A stretch of DNA of 64,000 nucleotides from Mobula hypostoma (GCF_963921235.1 NC_086097.1:110238001-110302000), one strand, 5' to 3'; numbered from the stretch's first letter, positions 13,392 to 25,093 are shown. A program made the numbers and translations. The notes: a model not told the origin generated them from the sequence alone.

Positions 13392-13772
13392 CTACCCAAC
13401 CATTCCCAAAAATCTTCTTAAAGCTTTCTTGCTGGTCGGAATAGGAACCTCAACAATAGCTTGAACCTTGGCCTGTACAGGAGCCAGTTGGCCCTGGCCC
13501 ACTACATAGCCCAGATACGTGACTGTGGCATCACCAAACTCACTTTTAGCGAGGTTCATAGTAAGATTGGCCTTAGAAAGTCTGTCAAACAGTTTTTCTA
13601 CCACTGCAATATGCTCTTTCCACATGTCATTCCGGACTACTAAATCATCAATATAAGCCCCTGTGTTTTCTAAACCTCTGATCACAGAATTGATCACTCT
13701 TCGAAATGTCCCTGGAGCATTTTTCATCACAAAGGATAAAACATTATATTCATACAGTCCACATGGTATCAC
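13392..13772 (-). pseudogene. RT palm/thumb remnant of the Gmr1-type element
   Basis: GLYEYNVLSFVMKNAPGTF..AYIDDLVV..LAKSEF..LRRFLGMVG; frameshifted from the upstream ORF; no RNase H follows. Confidence 0.88.
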
Positions 13773-15945
13773 AAATCTCTTTAGCCCTCTCTGTCAAAGG
13801 AAAACCCCAGTATCCTTTTAACAAGTCAATATTTGTAAGGTATTTAGCCTTCCCCACTGTATCAATACAGTCATCCACTCTCTTTCCTGGTTCTTTCTTG
13901 TTTCTAATTTCTTCTTCAACCATTTTACTTTTCTCTAAATTCATTCCATAAAGATGCTCTTTGATCGGCTGGGCTGAATTTACAATGATGTCATGCCCTT
14001 CAGCTGTACACCATTTTAGAATGTTGGAAAATAAATCTTTATGCTTGCTAATTAATTCTTTCAATTGTTTTTGCGGTGTAAGATCCAACTGATGGAACTT
14101 ATCAGTAATATTTTTCAAAACAATGGAATTCTTAAATCTTGTTGATACTAGACTCAGTGGGTAAAAATTATTTTTCACCCCATTATCTGATCCCACAGCC
14201 TTTACGACTCCATTTGATTTCATAACATTTCTCCCAGGTGCCATCCTATCAAACAAGTATTTTGTTTCAATTTGAACGTTCCGCAAACTTTCCTTTGCAA
14301 GGTCACAAACATTATTAAATCTCTTCCAGAATTTAAAAACATTATTAAGCACACTGACACATATTTCCAAATCAGACCATCGTTCTCTGAGTAGGGTCAA
14401 AAGTCCTTTTGGCCTGTGACCGAACACAGGTTCCAATAGACTACACTCTAATGATTTTTGAATTGTATCTCCAACAGTAAATAAGAGTAGGGGAACCCCC
14501 TTGTCCCAGTTTTTCCCGTTTTTCACACAATATGTTTTAATCATGTTCTTAAAAGTGGAGTTGAACCGTTCCAAGGCTCCCTTGGACTCTGTGTGATATG
14601 TAGATGACACAATGTGTTTAGCTTCCAGTTCTCCAATTATCCCCTGGGATGTTCTCGAAGTAGAGTTACTACCCTGGTCAAATTGAATTTCTTTGGGCAG
14701 ACCTACCAGTGTGAAAAACTTACTGAATGCTTTTACCAGAGTCTTGGCCTTGATGTTTCCAAGAGGCACGGCTTCAGGGAACCTAGACACAGCACACATA
14801 ATTGTTAACAGATACTGATGACCAGCTGCAGTCTTTAGCAATGGGCCTACACAATCCACTATGACCCTAGAAAAAGGTTCACCAAAAGCAGGTATCAGTT
14901 TAAGTGGTGTTACTTGAATAACCTGATTAAGTTTCCCCTCAACCTGACAGGTTTGGCAAGTCCTGCAAAAATTCACAACATCCCCTCTTAAATTAGGCCA
15001 GTAGAATTCCTTCATAATTTTGTTCACTGTATTTCTCACTCCAAAATGTCCACCTAAAGGCATACTGTAAGCCATGTTTAAAATTTCAGCCTTGCAAACT
15101 TTGAGAACCACTACCTGACTTGCAGACACAGTGGCTGCTCTCCACTTCCTCATTAACACCCCATCTTTAAGATAATATCCTACTGACTCTCTCTGAACCT
15201 CCTCTTCTGTGAGAGCTGTCTCCTGTAAAGCCACCATTTCAGAATCTTTATTCTGTTCCTCTATAAATTCCTTCCTCGACAAGGACAAACCTTTCTCATA
15301 CACCTTACTCTCCAAATCTTGTTGTAACATGGAAGGTAGAGAAGTCTGTGACATAGCATCATACTTTAAACCTCTGGTTTTGCTATCATGGGCCTCAGCA
15401 GACTTCCTAAACATGCTTCGAGTATCTGTGCATGTAGGATAAACATCAGTCTTTCTGTGTGGTTCATTAGCAACAGCTTTGCTCATTAGTTGAATTGCTA
15501 AATCACCCTTACCTTGGAGAGGAGTCAACATCCCCACATTGTTTACTAAACTTAACACCATCACCGGACATATAAGAACCATGTGTACATTGTGGAAGAG
15601 GCCAAACAATCCATTTATCCCATTTCTACGACCTTTACTTTGACTTGTCTCCATAGCAACTTCCGACAGTTCCTCCTGGTCACAACAACACTTCAAGTTT
15701 TGTCTCTCCACACCCCAAACTTGGACAACATCATCATGAATAACATCATAACCTTGAAGGTGTTTACCTCCACATGTCAAAGCAAAATTCAACAGACGGG
15801 GACATACTTCCTCAGCAAGCCTTTGTCCTGCAAGCAGGGTCAAAGGTCGTGCAACCAATCCAACCTTCCCCAGTACTTTATTCAAAAGTCCAGGAACAAC
15901 ACTTTTCCCATTATTTTCAGTAACACCTACCTCACTAATTTTCAT
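13750..15945 (-). CDS. 731-codon retrotransposon pol ORF with integrase (zinc-binding and rve core) and a partial RT N-terminus
   Basis: GGHFGV..FYWPNL..CRTCQTC; D (VIVDCVGP), D (IQFDQGSN), E (GALERFN); then IDLLKGYW of RT. Confidence 0.85.
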   Translation of the reverse strand: MKISEVGVTENNGKSVVPGLLNKVLGKVGLVARPLTLLAGQRLAEEVCPRLLNFALTCGGKHLQGYDVIHDDVVQVWGVERQNLKCCCDQEELSEVAMETSQSKGRRNGINGLFGLFHNVHMVLICPVMVLSLVNNVGMLTPLQGKGDLAIQLMSKAVANEPHRKTDVYPTCTDTRSMFRKSAEAHDSKTRGLKYDAMSQTSLPSMLQQDLESKVYEKGLSLSRKEFIEEQNKDSEMVALQETALTEEEVQRESVGYYLKDGVLMRKWRAATVSASQVVVLKVCKAEILNMAYSMPLGGHFGVRNTVNKIMKEFYWPNLRGDVVNFCRTCQTCQVEGKLNQVIQVTPLKLIPAFGEPFSRVIVDCVGPLLKTAAGHQYLLTIMCAVSRFPEAVPLGNIKAKTLVKAFSKFFTLVGLPKEIQFDQGSNSTSRTSQGIIGELEAKHIVSSTYHTESKGALERFNSTFKNMIKTYCVKNGKNWDKGVPLLLFTVGDTIQKSLECSLLEPVFGHRPKGLLTLLRERWSDLEICVSVLNNVFKFWKRFNNVCDLAKESLRNVQIETKYLFDRMAPGRNVMKSNGVVKAVGSDNGVKNNFYPLSLVSTRFKNSIVLKNITDKFHQLDLTPQKQLKELISKHKDLFSNILKWCTAEGHDIIVNSAQPIKEHLYGMNLEKSKMVEEEIRNKKEPGKRVDDCIDTVGKAKYLTNIDLLKGYWGFPLTERAKEICDTMWTV

Positions 15946-16540
15946 TTCATCACTAACTTATAGCTCACTGTCTAACACAAGTGACTGAGAATCCTCAATT
16001 TCCACTGGTACCAAGGTTAACCCCTTATTCACTGAACCAAAACCATCTGACACAAAAAAAAGCTGCATTCCTTTCCAACCAAGTCAGACACCTCAGACCT
16101 TAACTGAGCTTCAACACAAGGTTCAGTACCCTGTGAATCCGCAGGGGCTTCAACAAACTGAGCACAGGCAATCGAGACAACTGCCTCTTCTGGGCTTTCA
16201 TCACTTGTCCCAGTTTCAAATTCAAGGTCACCCCAAACCTCCCACCTACTCTCTGGGTAACTCTCATCTGGAGTAAACTCAACCTCGTGGGTTAAAACAA
16301 CTTCGCCTGCATTCTTAGCAGACCGCTGCAGGGCAGCGGCATCCTTTTCATCTCGGTATGCCCTTACATCATAGGGGACACACTTTTAAATTCATCAAAC
16401 AAAACAAGCTCTTCCGAGCTGTAAAAACTGTCAGGGTCCGACACTAAACTTCTCAGCTGCCACATCTCCCTCTCAAACTGTTTCTGTTTTTCTGCCTCTT
16501 CTCTCCGTTTGTCTGCCTCTGCGGAAACTTGAGATGTTTC

Positions 16541-17698
16541 TGTCACAATGGCGGGGGCTTTGGGAGCAAGGGTGGACCCAAATGCAAGACACATCAGCAG
16601 AAGCAGGAGTAGCAAACTGGACAAGGACTCAGGACTACGACTAGGCTGGGACTAGGGGTCTGGGCTTGGACTCGGAATCGGCTCCCAGAACTAGAGGAGA
16701 CATGAAGAGGCTGAGGTATGGACTCCGAGCCAGAGACCGGGCAAGGACCCAGTACCTGGGTCTTGCCTCGGGCTCGGACCCTAGAACCAGGCATGGACAT
16801 GACATGGGCTAGGGAGTGGAGGAACATGGAAAACAGAGCCTCGGTCTCGGGAGAGCAGGTACACGGAACCATGGACACATACACAGAACACAGAGTCGGG
16901 ACCCCTCCTTGGGTAAAGGACATAGGGCCGGGACTCATGACCCCCCACGGGGCAACGGCAAGACGGCCTGTCTTACCCCACGGAGGCAAGGACAAGACAA
17001 GACAAGACATGACCCCCTGCAGGGCAACGGCAAGACGGCCAGACTTCCCCCACGGAGGCGAGGACAAGACAAAACAAGCCCAAGATGAAAGAACACCAAA
17101 CAGTACCAATCTAGCTCCGGCAACAGAACTAGACCGAGGTGCAGGCGAGGGCTGCAGACGAAGGCTAGAGGCGAGAGGGTCAGAGAAGGCATTCAAACAG
17201 GGGGGTAGGACAGAAATCACAGATCGCCAGGGCCAGGACTTGACTTGGTACTTGGATGCCCCGGAGCCAGGACTTGACTTGGAGCCTCTGGGTAGTGGCG
17301 AGCTCTCGACTCGGCCCGGGAACAGTAGACAGCGGTTCTTGATTCCGTCCGGCGGGTTAACTGACGGACCCACCTTGGTGAGGAAACTTTGCAGGCTTGC
17401 TTTGGCAAGGTAACTTGACAGGGTTGCTCCGGTGAGGAAAGGTGAATTACCGGCACTCACTTCGGCAGAGATTAGGCTTGCTCCGGCCAGATGACATCGG
17501 CACACCGTACCTTTGATGACTTTGCAGACGCTCCTGCCCCGAACAGCTGAAAACCGGAGACTATAAACTACCGGTTCAGCCGAGCGTTAATTGCCTCTAA
17601 TCACCAAAGCCGAGGGACACGTGAAAACAGGGAATCAACGGTCCAGATCGTAACATAAACAAAGTAAATTTAAAGGAACCCCGATCCGGACCATGACA
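16541..17698 (-). mobile_element. Solo LTR (Gypsy-type, 1158 bp) inserted in the Gmr1 gag region
   Basis: TGTCA..TGACA termini; flanks GTTTC / GTTTG; second copy in opposite orientation from 63349. Confidence 0.85.
16936..17079. repeat. 72-bp tandem duplication inside the solo LTR
   Basis: CATGACCCCC..GGCAACGGCAAGACGGCC..CCCCACGGAGGC.AGGACAAGACAA at 16936 and 17008. Confidence 0.85.
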
Positions 17699-18090
17699 GT
17701 TTGAGTTGCAACTCATGCTGTCTTTTCCTCTCCTCAGCCTCCAGCCTGCATTGCTCCACCTGAAGCTGAATCTCAGGCTCAGTAAGTTTACTTCCAGTGA
17801 ATAACTCTAACTCTCCTTTCCAAACGTTCCCCTATCTATATAATGCTGGGCTATTACCGTCTGTATCTAAGCTCTCCTCATTATAGTGGTCACCTTTAGT
17901 TTTAACGTTTGAGCAATTCCCAACAGCACATTCCTCGTAGCATCATCCAATGCTCCAACAGAAACTTCTCAGTACTAACGTCCATTCCTGCTGTATTTCC
18001 ACACAAGCAAATCAAAAGGGATTTTCCTCCAATCAATTCAAACAAGCCTCCCATACAATTTGTTCGTATCCTGGATGCAGGCCCCAATTT

Positions 18091-18879
18091 TGTCACGTAC
18101 CCCGTGACGTGTTTAAAGAACCAGCAGAAATGGAAAACACCTTGGAGTCTTGTTGCTATTAATTAACGATATTTATTAGTAACTACGCAATACAGTAATA
18201 TAAATGCAAATAAATCAAACAGATTAACAATGAATATATATAAGTAAGTATATCAGTAAGTGTGGAATTATATGAAAACCAAGCTTCTTCAAGCCTAGGG
18301 GTCTTACAATGATGAGTAAAGTTGAGTTCAGTTCATGGTATTGAGTTCAGTAGTGATGGAGAGAGAGACAGAGGGAGAGATTTGGGTCTTCAGGTGAGCT
18401 GACGCCGTCAATCTTCCCGTTGTCCTCTGAAATCCTTTAAAAGTCACCGACCGTGACCACAACAAAGGGAACTGTTCTTCTGTGGTGGAGCTAACAACCC
18501 AGGCGAGGGTTGGACACACGAATAACTCCCCATTGGTTACGCCCTGTTCACACTGCAAGAGCCACTGATCGATCTGCCTGATCAATCCTCCAAAAACCCA
18601 CTTTTCCTGTGGGCACAACAAAGCTCATTCAGCATCCAAAACCATGTGTCTCAGGTCTATCATCTGACCTTCTATTTATCTCCCCGTGCTGAATACCAAC
18701 TGCCACTCAAACAGCTCCTCCTTCTCTGTCTGGAAGAATATCCAAGCAGGAAGCGACCTTGTAGAAATGCCTCTCTCTCTCTTAAAAACAAGATGTTGGT
18801 GGTAAATGCCTCTCTCTCTCTTTCTCTCTCTCTCATTTCAAAAGCACAATCCATAAGGGTAATTCAGGACCCTGTCACA
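18091..18879 (-). repeat. 5' LTR of the Gmr1-type element
   Basis: TGTCAC..TGTCACA; adjacent PBS; repeated at 12704-13298. Confidence 0.9.
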
Positions 18880-19226
18880 CTGGCTTCTGGTTACTCCTTT
18901 TTTTTAATTGCTATTTTGCATGATTTTGATCGGGGCAGACTCGTACTGCAGCCTGCAATCAATGGACAATACAGTGCTAGACTGAACTGAACTGAATTAA
19001 ACCAAGCATTCCTCGACTGTTTCAGGGACTCCATAGTTTGACGTTTAATATTCAGTATGCTATTCACTCATTTTTTGCCGTTTGCGCGATCTGTTCTTTT
19101 TTTGTGTGTTGGTGTTTTCTTTGAATGGTGTTTCTTTGTTTCGTGGCTGTCTGCAGGAAGACAAATCTCAGGGTTGTATACTACGTATATACTCTGATAA
19201 TAAATGCACTTTGAATCTTTAAAGTG

Positions 19227-20002
19227 AAGCCTCGACAACGTCTTCCACAACTGCAACAGAACATCCCAACTTTATACTTCGAGTCCTGACTGATGACGGC
19301 CAGCATACCAAAAATTCTTTTCACCATCCTGTCTACCTGCAGTACCACTTTCGGTGAACTTTATACTTGTACACTTAGATCCCTCTGTTCAACAACACTC
19401 CTCACATCCCCACTATTCACTGTAAAATTCCTACCCTCATTTGTCTTTCCAAATTGCAATACCCAGACTTACCTGAGTTACACTCCATTTGCCATTCCTT
19501 GTCCACTTACACAGCTGATCATGATCACTTTGTAAATCATGATAGCCATCTTCAATATCAACAGCACTACCTATTTTGTGTCATCAGTAAACTTACTAAC
19601 AATGTCTCGTACATTCTCATCCGAGTCATTGGTTTAGATAATAATATCAATGGATCTAACAGTGAGCCCTGGGGAACATCATTAGTCATGGACCACCGCT
19701 TCCTACCAGCAAGTGAATTCTATATCCAATTGGCTCATACTCCCTCGATCCTATATGATCTAACTTCTAGAGCAGCCTACCATATCAAACCTTACTGAAG
19801 GTCTTAGCGAAGTCCATATGAACCACACCTGCCACCCTGCCCTCATCAAGCTTCCTGATTACTTCTTCAAAAATTCAATCAAGTTCGTGAGACATAATCT
19901 CCCACACACCAAACCATACCGGCTATCTCTAATCAACCACTGTCTTGCCAAATGCTTATACATCTCATCCCTCAGAATCCTCTCCAGTAACTTACCTACT
20001 GC
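19227..20002 (-). mobile_element. Old CR1 RT fragment (continues at 21264-21430)
   Basis: Degenerate VGKLLERIL, VPQGS and KF(T)DD motifs. Confidence 0.8.
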
Positions 20003-21263
20003 AGTTCAATGTTCGTATTTTATTATCAATTATATATATCACCGTATACAACCCTGAGATTCATTTTCTTGTGGGCATACTCAACAAATCTATAGAATAG
20101 TAACTAGGGCTTTCATCCAGAATGCAGAAGACAAGCTGCAAATGCAAAAAGAAGAAACAATAATATAAATAAATAAGCAATAACTATTGAGAACATGAGA
20201 TGAAAAGTCCTTGAAAGTGAGTCTAATTTTTGTGGGAACATTTCAATGATGGGGAATGTGAAGTTAAGTGTAGGTATTCCCTTTGTTCAAGAACCTGATG
20301 GTTGAAGGGTAGTAACTGTTCCTGAACCTAGTGGTGTGAGTCTTGAGGCTCCTATACCACCCTCCTGATGGCAGCAGTGAGAAGAGAACATGCCCTAGGC
20401 AGTGGGGCTCCCTGATGATGAATGCTGTTTTCCTGCAACAGCATTGCATGACTGGGAGGGCTTTACCAATGATGGACTGGGCCATATCCACAACTTTTTG
20501 TAGAAATTTCTATTCAGGGGCATTGGTATTTCCATACCAGACTGTGTTACCACCTGTCAATGTACTTTCCACTATACATCTATGGAAGTTTATCGATGTT
20601 CTAGATGTCATGTCAAATCTCTGCAAGCACCTAAGGAAGTAGAGGCGCTGCCATGCTGTATTCTGAAATAATAACATCTCAGAATTTAAAGTTGCTAATC
20701 CTCTCCACCTCTGATCCTCCAATGTCAACTGGCTGATAAACCTCTGGTTCCCTTCTCCTGAAGTCTATAATCAGTTCTTTGGTCTTGCTAACATTATTGT
20801 TGTTATGACACCACTCAGCCAGATTTCCAGTCTCCCTCCTATATGCTGATTTGTCACCACCTTTGATTGGGCCTACAACAGTGGTGTCATCAGCAAACTT
20901 GAATATGGCATTGGAGCTGTGCTTAGCCTCACAGTCATTAGTGTAAACCAAGAAGAACAGGGGGATAAACACACAGCCTCGTGGCGCACCTGTGCTGATG
21001 GAGGTTGTGGAGGGGATGTTGTTGCCAATCCAAACTGACTTTGATCTGCAAGTGAGGAAATCCAGGATCCAACTGCACAGGAGATTTTGAGGCCAATGTC
21101 CTGCAGCTTATTGATTAGTTTTAAGGGGATGACGGTATTGAATGCTGAACTGTAGTCAATAAAGAGTATCCTAATGTATGTATCTTTGCTGTCCAGATGT
21201 TCCAGAGTTGAAGAGCCAATGTGATAGCATGTTCGCAAAACACTTCATCACTGTGGATGTAAG
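20003..21263 (-). mobile_element. 5'-truncated Rex1-type LINE
   Basis: [57 protein letters not shown]. Confidence 0.9.
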
Positions 21264-21479
21264 TTCTGGTCTATAGTGCTTGGATTTTAATTTACAGCCC
21301 CTCTTAAAGAAGAACCCATCACTGACAATGATGCATATGTCTCAGCCAGGGGTCCCACAATTTCTGCTGTAACTTCCCATAACGTCTTCGATGTACCAGA
21401 TAGGGTCCTAGAGTTTCATCTACCTTTGAATACAGTGGGTCCGATCTCACATAGCAATGAGTCTGAGTACAGGAAGGAG

Positions 21480-22080
21480 GGAGTCTAGTGGCATAGTGTC
21501 AAGACAGAAACCTCTCTCTCAATGTTAGCAAAAGGAAGGAATTCACTGACTTCAGAAAGTGGGGTAGGGTACACACTCCTGTCATTGGCAGTAGTGCTGA
21601 GTTCCCAGAGTTAAATATCGCCAACAGTTCATCCTGTTCCAGTCATGTTGTCACTGTAGCCAAGAAAGCACCTCTACATCCTCAGAATGCTAAAGAAATT
21701 TGGCATGTCGCCAATGATTCTTAGCAATGTGCCTCAGAAAACATCCTAACCAGATGCATTACAGCTTGGTACAGCACTGTGAACAAAGCCCAGGAAATTG
21801 TGCAAGCCAACCATTGACTCTGTCTACACTTCCTGCTGCCTCAAAAAAGGAGCCAGTCGTTCTCACCTCTCCCGTCAGAGAGAAAGTACAAAAATTTGAA
21901 AGCTGGTACCACCAGACTCAAGGACAGCTTCTAACCTACTGTTCATAGACTGTTGAATAATCCTCTCATATACACTTAAATATAAATTCTTGATTTCCTA
22001 ATCATGATGCTTGCCTTTATTTGTTTACCAACACTGCAGTTTCTCTTTAGTTACTACATCATATTCTGCTTTCTTATTAC
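21480..22080 (+). mobile_element. Degenerate Rex1-type 3' fragment
   Basis: Remnants of SLNVSK..TDFRK, LRMLKKFGMSP and TRLKDSF. Confidence 0.65.
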
Positions 22081-22084
22081 AATC

Positions 22085-23535
22085 CTGATGGAAAAAGAAA
22101 ACAGTTAGTGAAAAGGATTGCAAGGGGTTACTGGAAGATTGGCGGATAGCTAATGTTGCTCTGCTGTTTAAGGCTCTAAAAATAAATCAAGAAATTATGG
22201 GCCAGTGAATCTGACATCAGTAGTGGAAAAGTTATTGGAAGGTATTCTCAGGGGCCGGTTATGTGAGTACTTGTATAGACATGGACTGATTAGGGAAAGT
22301 TAGCAAAGCTTTGTGTGTGGTAGGTCATGTCTAACTACCTATAGAGTTTACCAAGGAAGTTGCCATGAAAGTTGATGAAGACAAGGCAGTTTATTTTGTC
22401 TACATGGACCTTAGCAAGGCTTTTGATGAGGTCCCGCATAGGATGTTGGTCAGGAAGGTTCAGTTGCTCGACATTCAGGATAAGGTAATAAATGGGATTA
22501 GACATTTGCTTTGTGGGAGAAGCCAGAGATTGGGAGTAGATGGTGCCTCTCTGACTGGAAGCCTGTGACTAGTAGACTGCAACAGGGATCGGTGCTGGTT
22601 CCTTTCTTGTTTGTCATCTATATCAACGATCTGGATGAAAATGTGGTTAATTGGATCAGCAAATCTGCAGAATACACCAAGACAGGGAGTTTAGTGGTCA
22701 GTCAGGAAGACTATCAGAGCTTGCAGCAGGATCTGAACCAGTTGAAAAAATGGGCTGAAAAATGGCAGATGGAATTTAATACAGACGAGTGTGAGGTCTT
22801 TTACCAACCAGGACCAAGGTGGATCTTACACAGTGAGTGTTAGGGCACTGAGGAGTATGGTAGGACGAAGGGGTCTGGGGATGTAGGTCCATAATTCATT
22901 GATAGTGGTGGCACACATAGATAGGGTTGTAAAGAAATCTTTTAGCACATTGGTCTTCATAAATCAATGTATTGTGTACTGGAGATGGGATGTTATACTG
23001 AAGTTGCATAAGATGTTGGTGAGGCCTAATTTGGAATATTGTGTACAGTTTTGGTCAACTGCCTACTGGAAAGATATAAATAAAGTTGAAAAAGAGAAGA
23101 TTTACAAGGATGTTGCCAAGTCAGCAAGGCCTGAGTCATAAGGAAAGATTGAGTAGGTTAGGACTTTATTCCTTGGAACATAGAAAACTGAGGGGAGATT
23201 TGATTGAGGTATAAAAATTTATGAGGGGTACTGATAATGTAAATGCAAGCAGACTTTTTTCACTGAGTTAGGGTGGGACTACAGCTAGATGTCACGGGTT
23301 AAGGGTGAGAGGTAAAAGGTTTAAGGGAACATGAGGGGAAACTTCTTCACAGGGGTCGTGAGAGTGTGTAAATGATGCGTGTGAGTTTGACTTCATCAGT
23401 TAAGAGAAATTTGGATAGGTACATGATGGAGGGCTGTGGTCTGGCTGCAGGTTGATGTAGTCCCATTAAATGGTTTGGCACAGACTAGATGGGCTGAAGG
23501 GCTTGTTTCTGTTCTGTGCTTTTCTATGGCTCTCT
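22085..23535 (+). mobile_element. CR1/HER1-type LINE, 5'-truncated
   Basis: VYMDLSKAFDEVPH, QGSVL..FVIYINDLD, LVRPNLEYCVQFW, CR1 3' tail. Confidence 0.9.
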
Positions 23536-24369
23536 CTACCTGCATCTGGACAGACGGCAGTTGATTCAAGGTAGTCAGTGTTGCTTCATGCATGGGAGAA
23601 CCCTTACAAATAACTGACTTTATTGATTTAATAAGGCCTTTAATGAGGTGTCACGTGGTATGCTGCTCTGGAAGGTTAGATCACATGGGATTCAGGGAGA
23701 GCTGGTGAATTAGACGCACAAATGGCTTGATGGTAGGGAGCGGTTTCTCAGACTGTAGGCCCCTGACTAGTGCGATGCCTCAGGTTGATACTGGGCCCAT
23801 TGTTATCTGTATCAATGATTTGATTAAGAATGTACACAGCGTGGTTGGTGAGTTTGCAGATGACACTAAAGTAGGTGGTATAGTGGACAATGAAGAAAGT
23901 TATCAGAAATTATAGAGGGATCTTGATCAGCTGATGAAGTGGGCTGAGGAATAGCAAATGGAGTTTAATACGGATTTGCAAAGTATGGCATTTTGGAAAG
24001 TTAAATCCGTGTAGGAATTTCACTCAGGTTGGTGGAGAGTTTTGTACAAAAGAATGACTTTGGAGTACAAGTACATGGTTCCCTGAAAGTGGAGTCATAA
24101 GGTAGACAGAAAGCTTTTGGCATGTTGGCCTTCATAAGTCAGGTCATTGAGTGTAAAAGTGATGGAGTCATTGCATTGTGTGGTTGTACAGGAAGCTGGT
24201 GAGACTCTGCTTGGAGTATTGTATTCAATTCTGGTCACTCTGCGATAGGAATGATGTTATTAAACAGAAAAAGTAAAGAAAAGATTTACAATGATGTTTT
24301 CAGCACTTGAGGGGACTGAATTATATGGAGAGGTTGGACACACGAGGACTTTTTCCCTTAGAACGTAGC

Positions 24370-25093
24370 CATTGCTCAGGTCAGAGAAGGAGAAGTCGGT
24401 GTTGGGGTCGGAGAAGGAGATGCTGTCACTGGGGTCGGAGTAGGAGACGCTTTCACTGTGGTCGGAGAAGGAGACGCTGTTACTGGGGTCGGAGAAGGAG
24501 AAGCTGATGGACAGGTTGGAGAAGGTGAAGCCATTGGATGAGCCGGAGAGTGTTGAGAGGAGCTGACATGAGTGCAGACCATGTTTCTGCTGCCAGCTAC
24601 TCGGAGTCATTGGAGTTGGGGCACAAAGGCAATGTGCAGTGTAACCATGAGTGACTGTCTTGTATGTTTCTCTTGTGATCACAAGACCCTTTTGGATATT
24701 GATAATGTAAGATTCCACAGGTCCAATTCCCTTGTTTGGCAGTGAGACAGGCGATGAGGCAGCAGCAAGGACTAATCCTCAAGCCGCGGGCTTGCCAGCT
24801 GCTGTGCTCCAGGTGAGATGACATTGGAGTCAGTGTAGCGGGAAGTCCACACTCGGCTGCCATTAGCGCTGCCCTCCAAAGTTCAATCAGTAGAATGAGA
24901 GGGTGGATTCCCAGGAGCTGTACCATCAATTTGCATGTTGTTCAGGGACTTGGACCTGTTGTTTTCTTGCATACCGACGTGTGTTGTTTTTCTCTCTGAA
25001 TGTTATGCACCTTGGCCCCAGAGAAATACCGTCTCATTCGACTGTATCCATGTACGGTTTGAATGATAATTAGACATGATTTGATTTTGATTT
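24370..25093 (+). mobile_element. Non-coding insert with 5' minisatellite and Rex1-type 3' tail
   Basis: Splits the CR1 frame; ends TGCACCTTGGCCCCAGAG..GAATGATAAT..GATTTGATTTTGATTTGA. Confidence 0.55.
24379..24540. repeat. 27-bp minisatellite, about 6 units
   Basis: Unit GGTCGGAGAAGGAGACGCTGTCACTGG; gives a 9-aa period (SFSDP..) in the ORF track. Confidence 0.9.

Larger units (their letters stand above)
12704..18879 (-). mobile_element. Gmr1-type Gypsy LTR retrotransposon (integrase upstream of RT), internally deleted
   Basis: LTRs 12704-13298 and 18091-18879 (TG..CA); TSD CTGG at 12700-12703 / 18880-18883; tRNA-Pro-like PBS TGGGGCCTGCATCCAGGAT next to 18090; PPT GAAGGAAGGGGG next to 13299; order INT then RT. 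Confidence 0.93.
12235..19221 (+). mobile_element. Non-coding SINE-like element with Rex1-type tail (about 0.8 kb: 12235-12703 plus 18884-19221), hosting the Gmr1-type element
   Basis: Starts near CAAGATGGTGG, ends AATAAATGCACTTTGAATCTTT, flanked by AAGTG (12230-12234 / 19222-19226); interrupts a minus-strand CR1 whose halves (12200-12234, 19227 onward) rejoin. Confidence 0.6.

Noticed and set aside
16594..17505. 303-aa and 231-aa ORFs as genes
   Set aside because: Within a GC-rich LTR, no recognisable domain, frame broken in the second copy
24379..24540. CRISPR-like regular repeats
   Set aside because: Head-to-tail 27-bp units without unique spacer-length sequences, no cas genes, vertebrate context
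24260..24718. Ser/Asp-repeat protein ORF
   Set aside because: Translation of the 27-bp minisatellite
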